Virus record (IMG/VR): IMGVR_UViG_3300024331_000007
Location: 32,001-96,000 of that record
Direction: 5' to 3' (one strand)
DNA: 64,000 nt
Origin: a virus
Lineage: Duplodnaviria > Caudoviricetes
Below, one piece after another: positions 1-6,429 of the stretch (within the stretch, counting starts at the first letter, position 1; each line of letters opens with the position of its first letter). A program made the position numbers and the translations under genes. The notes under the pieces are model-generated. The model worked only from the letters and a program-made list of their open reading frames with translations. It did not search any database and had not been told where the DNA came from.

Positions 1-151
1 AATGAAACTCGGATCGTTACAAATAACTAACCCGTAATCTCCAGTTTTCATTGCATTTCCATCTTGAGTTGCTAGCACTAAAAAGAAATCAGGCAACACT
101 TCTTTGCCATCATTCATAAGAATTGCTTTTGCGCTGCATTGCTCACACATG

Positions 152-388
152 TTAGGACTCGTTTATACCTTTCATATACCATTCAATAAAATCCATGACG
201 AGTGAACCAATTCCACTGAATATTAGTGCAATCGAAGATACTAGCGTTGCCAATATCCACCAATACGGAACATGATGGCTGATTGGAATCTCCGCTTTTA
301 TCAATAGACAACACGCAACGCCGTAAAGTAAAAGTATAATCAATCCGCCCAAAGCGAATAAAAATCCGTTCTCAAACAACTTTCTCAT
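152..388 (-). CDS. Hypothetical membrane protein (2 TM)
   Basis: 78-aa ORF with two hydrophobic stretches, in a run of same-strand genes. Confidence 0.6.
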   Translation of the reverse strand: MRKLFENGFLFALGGLIILLLYGVACCLLIKAEIPISHHVPYWWILATLVSSIALIFSGIGSLVMDFIEWYMKGINES

Positions 389-391
389 ACT

Positions 392-781
392 TCACTTCCA
401 AAGACTTCGAATTGCAAAAACCATTTTCCAAAACTTTAATTGAATCTCGTCAATGAATGCGCCTTTGACTTTCGCATCGAAGTTTACGGCGCTTGGTACT
501 CTGCCGATTCCCGGCAATTGATCGAAACCCTTTTGTCCATCTTCGCGCTGTAGTAGACGCCATGCGCCATCTTTGATTCTAATAACTTGGCCCGTAAAAA
601 CTCCCTGAGTTGGATTCGTACTTTTCTTCCAACCATCACAAGTGCATTTGTATGGCGATACGCGACCATTACAAGGTTCGATACATCCACCAAACCACAC
701 AGAGCCTTGTTTGACTAATCGATTTGCTTCTGCACCTGATCGCGCCATCTTGAGCAATACTAATGCTTTTACAAGTCTCAT
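392..781 (-). CDS. S4-like RNA-binding domain protein
   Basis: N-terminal LVLLKMARSGAEANRLVKQGSVWFGG resembles the S4 motif (SxxEARRLIxQGxVxI) seen at the TyrRS C-terminus. Confidence 0.55.
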   Translation of the reverse strand: MRLVKALVLLKMARSGAEANRLVKQGSVWFGGCIEPCNGRVSPYKCTCDGWKKSTNPTQGVFTGQVIRIKDGAWRLLQREDGQKGFDQLPGIGRVPSAVNFDAKVKGAFIDEIQLKFWKMVFAIRSLWK

Positions 782-790
782 GATTTTCTT

Positions 791-1216
791 TCAATTAGCA
801 AGATAGTGAAGCGTGACAAAGTTTGGATCGGCATATGCTACTTGCTTGCTTGTTTTATAAACCAATTGAGCATTGAACTTTTTATCTTCAACTGTTTTGC
901 CTTCCGTGTAGGCATTTGTTCCGCGAACTCGTTGAAGAACAACATAATAATTGTCTTCAAAACGGGTTAATACAATTCCTTTATCTTTTGCGTTCGGTCC
1001 AATCTTTTTGGCTGATTCGTCGGACAATTGGCTGTAATCCATAAAATATTCAATTTTATGTTTTTCAAAGCCGACTATCTTAAAGAGAGTCAATTCTCCA
1101 TTCCCGAAAACAGCAGTTACAAAATCATTCTTTTGAAGTTCGCGATTTACGGCATCGGGCAATGAGGTTAGCTCAGTTTTTGTCGTTGTGTTAAAGTATA
1201 ACGATTTCTTAGCCAT
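791..1216 (-). CDS. Hypothetical protein (early, probably leaderless)
   Basis: 141-aa ORF; TTGACT-17-TATAAT lies 6 nt before the ATG. Confidence 0.75.
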   Translation of the reverse strand: MAKKSLYFNTTTKTELTSLPDAVNRELQKNDFVTAVFGNGELTLFKIVGFEKHKIEYFMDYSQLSDESAKKIGPNAKDKGIVLTRFEDNYYVVLQRVRGTNAYTEGKTVEDKKFNAQLVYKTSKQVAYADPNFVTLHYLAN

Positions 1217-1222
1217 ACATCC

Positions 1223-1251
1223 ATTATACCAAAAATCACAGCAGGAGTCAA
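1223..1251 (-). promoter_or_regulatory. Sigma70-type early promoter
   Basis: TTGACT-N17-TATAAT, with TGG just before the -10. Confidence 0.75.
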
Positions 1252-1356
1252 TTAAAAATAAGTCCTTTGTTTTGAGTTGGTTGGCCCTGACTGAATCGAA
1301 CAGTCATCTCACAGTAATCGGCTGTGGGTATTTTCCATTATACGAAGGGCCAATAA

Positions 1357-1602
1357 TCAATAGTGCAACATTCTCAAAAACTCTTTCATTACAAAGTTGT
1401 ATGCGTCAATCCATGCTTTGTTTTTGTTCGGGCTGCTCTCTTTATTTGTTTCCAGCCATAATCCATTTGTTTTGCCGTTTGACGGAACTAAAATTGAGAA
1501 CCGAGTGCCGATTGTCTCGCACCCGTACGTGTGTAAAATGGCATGGGGATACATTTCCAATACCTTTTTACGTGCATCAATCGCTTTTCTGCTCAGTTTC
1601 AT
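1357..1602 (-). CDS. Hypothetical protein
   Basis: 81-aa ORF in same-strand run. Confidence 0.6.
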   Translation of the reverse strand: MKLSRKAIDARKKVLEMYPHAILHTYGCETIGTRFSILVPSNGKTNGLWLETNKESSPNKNKAWIDAYNFVMKEFLRMLHY

Positions 1603-1765
1603 GGCTTATCTCTCGATAGAATTTCAGCAATCGTTGTAGTCTATTGCTGTCTGATTCTCTGTTGTAAGCATGCCTACAGCTATCAGAACAGAAGCCCCAA
1701 TGATCGGCAAGTTTCCGATTTCTAAAAAATCGTTTAAAACAATACAGGCATCGGTATTTGTACAT
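1577..1765 (-). CDS. Small Zn-finger protein (YRCLYC...FCSDSC)
   Basis: CxxC...FCxxxC pattern; TAAATA 5 nt before the ATG. Confidence 0.6.
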   Translation of the reverse strand: MYKYRCLYCFKRFFRNRKLADHWGFCSDSCRHAYNRESDSNRLQRLLKFYREISHETEQKSD

Positions 1766-1769
1766 ACTA

Positions 1770-1916
1770 CTATTTACAGTGGATGTTGTATTTCCAATGG
1801 TATAAATCTTGACAGTTCCTACAACAAAAACATAACCGAAAAGGAGAATTGATTTTATTCAATTCACTTTTAGGGCCGAGTTTTGTGTAACAGTACAGAC
1901 AACGATATATAGCCAT
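1770..1916 (-). CDS. 48-aa Zn-finger paralog of the downstream gene (not in ORF track)
   Basis: Translates as MAIYRCLYCYTKLGPKSELNKINSPFRLCFCCRNCQDLYHWKYNIHCK; shares YRCLYC and FCxxxC with 1577..1765. Confidence 0.55.
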   Translation of the reverse strand: MAIYRCLYCYTKLGPKSELNKINSPFRLCFCCRNCQDLYHWKYNIHCK

Positions 1917-1924
1917 AATGTTTT

Positions 1925-2004
1925 TGGTAGGCGCGGTTGGATTCGAACCAACGACCTGTTTCTTATCAGGAAACTGCTCTGAAACCGGGCTGAGCTACGC
2001 GCCT
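1925..2004 (-). tRNA. tRNA-Ile(GAU)
   Basis: AGGCGCG/CGCGCCT acceptor, CT-GAT-AA loop, GTTCGAATC, encoded CCA. Confidence 0.92.
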
Positions 2005-2010
2005 ATAAAT

Positions 2011-2085
2011 TGGCTGGGGGTGAAGGATTCGAACCCTCATAGACTGATTCAAAGTCAGTCGTCCTAGCCATTGAACGAACCCCCA
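2011..2085 (-). tRNA. tRNA-Gln(UUG)
   Basis: CTGA-CT-TTG-AA-TCAG arm, T-loop TTCGAAT, CCA. Confidence 0.92.
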
Positions 2086-2092
2086 TTAAATT

Positions 2093-2179
2093 TGGTGGAC
2101 AGTAGAGGATTTGAACCTCTAGTTTTGTTATTTACTACCCTTCAGAGGTAGTGCGTCTGCTCTATTCCGCCAACCGCCC
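2093..2179 (-). tRNA. Class II tRNA with Leu-like body; anticodon loop reads UC-UGA-AG
   Basis: GGGCGGT/ACTGTCC acceptor, A73, GCGGAA..AGACGC D-arm, CTACC/GGTAG stem, 14-nt variable region, CCA. Confidence 0.6.
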
Positions 2180-2193
2180 ATATGTTTCTAAAA

Positions 2194-2281
2194 TGGTACA
2201 CAGGGTAGGAGTTGAACCTACAGGATTTTGGTGTTTGCATCTTCTAAAAATGCTGCGTCTACCGACTTCCGCCACCTGTGT
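2194..2281 (-). tRNA. tRNA-Leu(UAG)
   Basis: ACACAGG/CCTGTGT acceptor, TT-TAG-AA loop, long variable region, A73-CCA. Confidence 0.88.
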
Positions 2282-2569
2282 ATAACCTTTCATTTTCAGA
2301 CTGTAGTACCAATTGTCAGCGCATAAAGATTCAAAGTCTTCTGCTTAATTGCCTGAACAACGAAATAAAAACTTTTTGAAGAAGCCAAACCCTCGAACCT
2401 TCTTCGTGCTGGATTCACCTTATACTACCTTCGCACTTTTGTTGTTTCAAGCGAAGCACCGCCATTCTCCAGTTTCCCTTAATATTTTGTCGATCCTGCT
2501 TTCTGATTTACATCAATGCCTATCTTTTTCAAGTGCCGCTGGTGTGCAGAGGAAACCTCGACAAAATTT

Positions 2570-2644
2570 TGGTAGCGCGTAAGGGAGTCGAACCCTTCTT
2601 CGCAGATTGAAAGTCTACTGTCCTAACCGATAGACGAACACGCC
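2570..2644 (-). tRNA. tRNA-Glu(UUC)
   Basis: CT-TTC-AA loop, TTCGACT T-loop, CCA. Confidence 0.9.
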
Positions 2645-2653
2645 ATATAAACT

Positions 2654-2737
2654 TGGTAACGTAGAAGGGGATCGAACCCTCTTGTCCGAAGACGCCAGAT
2701 TGAAAGTCTGGTGACCTGCCAATTAGTCATCTACGTC
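2654..2737 (-). tRNA. tRNA-Glu(UUC) with extra variable-arm hairpin
   Basis: CCAGA-CT-TTC-AA-TCTGG, variable region CGTCTTCGGACAA, CCA. Confidence 0.8.
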
Positions 2738-2746
2738 ACATAATCT

Positions 2747-2822
2747 TGGTAGTCCCAACGGGATTCGAACCCGTATTTCTTGTCTGAGAAACAAGCTGCC
2801 TAAACCATTAGCTGATAGGACC
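2747..2822 (-). tRNA. tRNA-Glu(CUC)
   Basis: CTTGT-TT-CTC-AG-ACAAG, TTCGAAT, CCA. Confidence 0.88.
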
Positions 2823-2841
2823 ATATTGCTCAATATTTATC

Positions 2842-2943
2842 GGCCCGTAGAAGGTATTGCACCTCCATCCTTCAAGTGGTCCGTAAAAACCAGTATGAAG
2901 GACAATCGCTCCGCAGTTTACGCTACGTTCAATATACGGGACA
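2842..2943 (-). ncRNA. tRNA-like RNA, no assignable anticodon
   Basis: CCCGTA/TACGGG acceptor-like stem, GGAGG-TGCAATA-CCTTC T-arm, extended central arm TCCTTCA/TGAAGGA. Confidence 0.4.
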
Positions 2944-2957
2944 TCTTGTTACTAAAG

Positions 2958-3030
2958 GCCGAGGGCTTGGGATTTCACAAGGTTCCGCGTGGGTCATGAC
3001 TCCCACAGTCGTCTATCCTTCCCTCTTGGC
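2958..3030 (-). ncRNA. Small structured, tRNA-like RNA
   Basis: GCC..GAGGG/CCCTCGGC closing stem, GTGGG/CCCAC and CTTG/CAAG hairpins, located between tRNA genes. Confidence 0.3.
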
Positions 3031-3037
3031 AATAATT

Positions 3038-3111
3038 CGGTAACGGCTGGACTCGAACCATGCGCTGCCCCCTTTAGCGGGGAGTGCTCAACCTGCTACA
3101 CCACAATTACT
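3038..3111 (-). pseudogene. Degenerate tRNA with CUA at the centre of the anticodon loop
   Basis: D-arm GTGT/GCAC, CTCCC-CG-CTA-AA-GGGGG, TGG-TTCGAGT-CCA; weak acceptor, no CCA end. Confidence 0.45.
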
Positions 3112-3217
3112 TACTTTATCGCCTCAACTTTCAAAACTAAACTTTGCTGGATGGTTTGTTCCATCTGTTAGTTGGATGGAGTCCTGACACTGGTTCCAGC
3201 GACCAGTTCAAATATGT

Positions 3218-3302
3218 TGGCAGGGGTGACAGGGATCGAACCTGCTATGAGTTTCCTCGCCAGTTTTGGAGACTGGTGTCGTACCATTACGACTACACCC
3301 CT
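3218..3302 (-). tRNA. tRNA-Trp(CCA) with extra variable-arm hairpin
   Basis: AGGGGTG/CACCCCT, G73, CCAGT-CT-CCA-AA-ACTGG, GAG-GAAA-CTC extra arm. Confidence 0.82.
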
Positions 3303-3312
3303 ATAAAATCTA

Positions 3313-3402
3313 TGGCGGGAGATGAAGGACTTGAACCTTCGGTGTGAGATTTATCTCATTCGGGTTTGGAGTCCGATGCTGTCGCCGCTGAGCCAATCTC
3401 CC
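3313..3402 (-). tRNA. Class II tRNA (Ser-like body) with CCA anticodon
   Basis: GGGAGAT/ATCTCCC, G73, CT-CCA-AA loop, 19-nt variable arm TGAGA-TAAA-TCTCA. Confidence 0.75.
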
Positions 3403-3405
3403 GTA

Positions 3406-3648
3406 TTAACCTTCAAACTTTTCCAGAATTTCCTCACCCATTCCAACTTTGATAAGTTCTTCTGCTCTTGCAATTCCTTTGACTTTTGCCTCTTCCTTGG
3501 TTACGTAACCTTCGGAAAGTATCGTCATTTGAAACCATGCTTTCGGTTTGGCTGTTTTGTAATGACCTCTCAATGCCCATCCCTTTTTGGTATCTGGCGC
3601 ATCGAATGTATAGATCAGGTTAGACCAAAACTCGTCAAACGATTCCAT
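3406..3648 (-). CDS. Hypothetical protein
   Basis: 80-aa ORF within the tRNA cluster. Confidence 0.6.
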   Translation of the reverse strand: MESFDEFWSNLIYTFDAPDTKKGWALRGHYKTAKPKAWFQMTILSEGYVTKEEAKVKGIARAEELIKVGMGEEILEKFEG

Positions 3649-3659
3649 GTGTTTCCTTT

Positions 3660-3791
3660 CTACTTGGTAAGATTATCAAAGAATATCTTCATTTTCTCAA
3701 AATGTTCTTTGCAAAGATTAAATCCTTGCAATTTGTGGTCGCCTGTCTTATTGCATTCTGGTAAATCACAAATCGCGTTCTTCTTTGACAT
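3660..3791 (-). CDS. 43-aa Cys/His protein (not in ORF track)
   Basis: MSKKNAICDLPECNKTGDHKLQGFNLCKEHFEKMKIFFDNLTK with GAGG RBS. Confidence 0.5.
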   Translation of the reverse strand: MSKKNAICDLPECNKTGDHKLQGFNLCKEHFEKMKIFFDNLTK

Positions 3792-3862
3792 AATACCTCT
3801 AAACTTATGGGATAAGGACAATGCGAGTGTCGTTATCCCTGCATCTGTTGAATCATCGCATA

Positions 3863-3934
3863 ACAGGTAAGCAGGAATTGAACCTACTTTTCTGGCTCCA
3901 ATCGCCAGTGTCCTAGCCGATAGACGATTACCCT
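3863..3934 (-). pseudogene. Degenerate Gln-like tRNA (loop GA-TTG-GA, no CCA)
   Basis: Intact D-arm, CTGGC/GCCAG stem and T-arm; A at position 33; 3' CCA absent. Confidence 0.5.
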
Positions 3935-3956
3935 AATTCAACAAACCTAAAACTTT

Positions 3957-3976
3957 TGGCGGTCCCGACGAGATTT
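3957..3976 (-). pseudogene. Orphan 3' fragment of a tRNA (T-stem, acceptor strand, CCA), Asp-like
   Basis: Reads AAAT-CTCGT-CGGGACC-G-CCA and breaks in the T-loop next to the endonuclease gene. Confidence 0.6.
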
Positions 3977-4001
3977 ATTTGGTATTTTGATAAATATTGA
4001 T

Positions 4002-4646
4002 ATGCCCAATACCGCCAATCTCGTTTGTGATTATTGCAATTCAACTTTTGTTAGAACATCTAAAGATATCGCATCATCCCGAATCGCTAATTCTAAATCA
4101 AAATTCTGTTCTCGAACATGTATGGGATTATCCAATATAACAACGAAAACGGTTACGTGTTTACAATGTAACAAACTCTTTCAAAAACAAGCACATCGAA
4201 TTAAAAAATCACCTAATCATTTTTGTGATCGTTCATGCTCAGCCAAATATCACAATGTTCATAAAACTATTGGAACTCGGCGTTCAAAACTTGAAATTTT
4301 TCTGGAATCTAAACTTCGTAAGTCATATCCAGAATTGAAACTCCTGTGCAATGATAAATCTGCCATTAATTCAGAACTCGATTTCTACTTCCCAGAGTTA
4401 CAACTTGCAATAGAATTAAACGGAATACTCCATTTTGAACCCATTTATGGTAATAGCAAACTGACTCAAATTCAATCGAATGATACTAAGAAATCCTTTT
4501 TATGTCATCAGCAGCATATCAATCTTGCTGTTATCGACTGCTCTACATATTCTCATCTAACTGAAAAAGTTAAAAACAAATATTGGAACATTGTTAATAA
4601 CCTTTTAGCAAATATGGCGGGGAATATGGGTAACGATCCCACCTGA
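4002..4646 (+). CDS. Free-standing endonuclease: Zn-finger repeats plus DUF559/Vsr-like PD-(D/E)xK domain
   Basis: Repeated CxxC...FCSRxC; ELDFYFPELQLAIELNGILH; likely start MPNT 5 nt after TAAATA. Confidence 0.75.
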   Translation: MPNTANLVCDYCNSTFVRTSKDIASSRIANSKSKFCSRTCMGLSNITTKTVTCLQCNKLFQKQAHRIKKSPNHFCDRSCSAKYHNVHKTIGTRRSKLEIFLESKLRKSYPELKLLCNDKSAINSELDFYFPELQLAIELNGILHFEPIYGNSKLTQIQSNDTKKSFLCHQQHINLAVIDCSTYSHLTEKVKNKYWNIVNNLLANMAGNMGNDPT

Positions 4647-4694
4647 TATTCCTGATCGACAGTCAGGCAACCACTCCATGCAGTTCCATTCCCC
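4615..4694 (-). tRNA. tRNA-Asp(GUC), divergent T-loop
   Basis: GGGGAAT/ATTCCCC, G73, CCTGA-CT-GTC-GA-TCAGG, T-loop ATCGTTA, CCA; overlaps the endonuclease 3' end. Confidence 0.75.
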
Positions 4695-4708
4695 GTAATT
4701 CTAAAATT

Positions 4709-4783
4709 TGGCTCACCCCCTCAGAGTCGAACTGAGAACCAATGCCTTAACAGGGCACCGCTCTGCCATTGAGCTAGAGGTGA
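4709..4783 (-). tRNA. tRNA-Asn(GUU)
   Basis: TGCC-CT-GTT-AA-GGCA, TTCGACT, GCCA. Confidence 0.9.
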
Positions 4784-4800
4784 ACATTTAAACCGTATTA

Positions 4801-5097
4801 CTAATCTCTATCATACTTTGTTTTCTTGTTGAATACAAAACCTTCTTTTGAAACATGCTCGTATTTACCATCAACTATCTTATACGATGCATCACTTTGA
4901 TCTTCATTCCAGTGTCTATTGCAAACTGGGCAATCAAACTCTATCCAATACGAATCGTCGTTGCGATCCCAATTTCCGCTATTGCCTTTGTACTCTCCAA
5001 CTAAACCTTCGTGTGGACAGTTGTCTTGGATGTGCGCTTCTAATTTTCTAAGTTCGGTAATACTCCATCTCAACTTTTGTAGTTCTTGTATTGTCAT
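4801..5097 (-). CDS. Hypothetical protein (CPH...CPVC)
   Basis: 98-aa ORF. Confidence 0.65.
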   Translation of the reverse strand: MTIQELQKLRWSITELRKLEAHIQDNCPHEGLVGEYKGNSGNWDRNDDSYWIEFDCPVCNRHWNEDQSDASYKIVDGKYEHVSKEGFVFNKKTKYDRD

Positions 5098-5099
5098 AT

Positions 5100-5519
5100 T
5101 TAATCTTTACAAGTAAATTCTAAGTAATCCTTTGCCCAACGAATATGCTTTTGTTGCTTACTTTTTGGTGCAATTAATCTTAATCGAGTTTCATATGTTG
5201 TTGCCTCGTTGACATCAACAAAATAAACTTGATTCAACTCTCTACAGTATACAGCAAATAATTCAATCTGTCCACGATAGTTTTGTTTTTTACCATTTGC
5301 TCTATGAACTGTTGAACTGCACGAATCAAAGCTAACAAATGATTGATCTTTTCCTAATCTACCCGTCTTACACTGAATACGAACAAATACACCATTATTG
5401 TCAACTACTAAATCATACCGGTTTTTATCTCCAAATGGAGTTAATACGGTTTTGCCTAGTTTTAGCAATTCAGCAACTACAACTGCTTGAGTTATATCGC
5501 CTATTTCCTTAGTATTCAT
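5100..5519 (-). CDS. PD-(D/E)xK endonuclease of the group-I-intron-associated type (PDDEXK_5 / I-Ssp6803I-like), free-standing
   Basis: KEIGDITQ...PFGDKNRYDLVVD...RIQCKT; start MNTKE with GGAAG RBS. Confidence 0.8.
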   Translation of the reverse strand: MNTKEIGDITQAVVVAELLKLGKTVLTPFGDKNRYDLVVDNNGVFVRIQCKTGRLGKDQSFVSFDSCSSTVHRANGKKQNYRGQIELFAVYCRELNQVYFVDVNEATTYETRLRLIAPKSKQQKHIRWAKDYLEFTCKD

Positions 5520-5534
5520 TTCTTCCTTTAAAAT

Positions 5535-5609
5535 TGGCTGAACAGGTGGGAGTCGAACCCACATCGTCTTGATTAACAGTCAAGCGTAATGCCGTTATAC
5601 TACCGTTCA
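5535..5609 (-). tRNA. tRNA-Asn(GUU), second copy
   Basis: CTTGA-CT-GTT-AA-TCAAG, TTCGACT, GCCA. Confidence 0.9.
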
Positions 5610-5622
5610 ATAAAACTAAACT

Positions 5623-5698
5623 TGGTGGGCAGCATGGGATTCGAACCCACGTCGATTTGCTTAAGAGGCAAACATAATAGCCGCTATACGAACTGCCC
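5623..5698 (-). tRNA. tRNA-Lys(CUU)
   Basis: TTTGC-CT-CTT-AA-GCAAA, TTCGAAT, ACCA. Confidence 0.9.
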
Positions 5699-5713
5699 AT
5701 TTGAAACTAAACT

Positions 5714-5789
5714 TGGTGCATTCGGAGGGATTTGAACCCCCATCAATTCGATTAAAAGTCGAGTATAATGTCCGTTATACGACGAATGC
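5714..5789 (-). tRNA. tRNA-Lys(UUU)
   Basis: TCGA-CT-TTT-AA-TCGA, TTCAAAT, ACCA. Confidence 0.9.
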
Positions 5790-6185
5790 ATTTTTTAAAT
5801 ACTTACTTGCCGCAACAAATAGTTTAGGATCATCATTAAATAATCCAAGAACTCTATTACAGGTATTACAGATTGCTCCTCTAAACTTTAATGTTTTGTG
5901 GTCGTGATCTAAAACCAATTTCTTTACTTTTCGATTACAAATCTTACAGACGCCATTGGCATCCTTTTTAATCTTTTCTATCGTTTCGTTTTTTGTACCT
6001 AATTTCTCTCGCCAACGATAGATTTCACGTTTTTCCTTTGTGCCGCTATAAAAACTTTGGGAAACTCGACAACACCAAACTTTCTTGTTCGATTTTAGAA
6101 CAATTGGTATGTATCCACAATGTTCGCATATCGCCATTTTATTTTGAACATCGATGTTTGTTAGTTTATGTACCCGTTTACCCAT
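5775..6185 (-). CDS. Endonuclease VII-like HNH nuclease
   Basis: CKIC...LVLDHDHKT..FRGAICNTCNRVLGLFNDDP; 3' end overlaps tRNA-Lys 5' end. Confidence 0.82.
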   Translation of the reverse strand: MGKRVHKLTNIDVQNKMAICEHCGYIPIVLKSNKKVWCCRVSQSFYSGTKEKREIYRWREKLGTKNETIEKIKKDANGVCKICNRKVKKLVLDHDHKTLKFRGAICNTCNRVLGLFNDDPKLFVAASKYLKNAFVV

Positions 6186-6202
6186 TTTCTTCCTAAAATG
6201 TA

Positions 6203-6226
6203 AAATCCTCGCCGTAGCGAGGATTT
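6203..6226. terminator. Hairpin, possible terminator or regulatory stem
   Basis: AAATCCTCGC-CGTA-GCGAGGATTT, perfect 10-bp stem. Confidence 0.45.
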
Positions 6227-6247
6227 GGAAAATACACAAATCCTCGC

Positions 6248-6340
6248 TTACAGCTTATCTTCCTGATTATTCCACACGGATGCGGAATCAATCTTGTTGA
6301 TCTGTTGTTTATTAATCGAGATGTTGCTAATGTTCTTCAT
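6248..6340 (-). CDS. 30-aa peptide, probably leaderless late gene
   Basis: MKNISNISINKQQINKIDSASVWNNQEDKL; TAAATA-N5-ATG. Confidence 0.4.
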   Translation of the reverse strand: MKNISNISINKQQINKIDSASVWNNQEDKL

Positions 6341-6429
6341 GACTGTATTTATCTTCTCACAATGCTTTCTTTTTGTCAAGCACAAAATTTATTTAATTTT
6401 TGCTGGACTGAACGCTGTCTGCATGATTA

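Noticed and set aside
1188-3870. Plus-strand ORFs such as 1188..1619, 2349..2582, 3322..3870
   Set aside because: They overlap minus-strand genes or tRNAs, lack RBSs and show no recognisable motifs.
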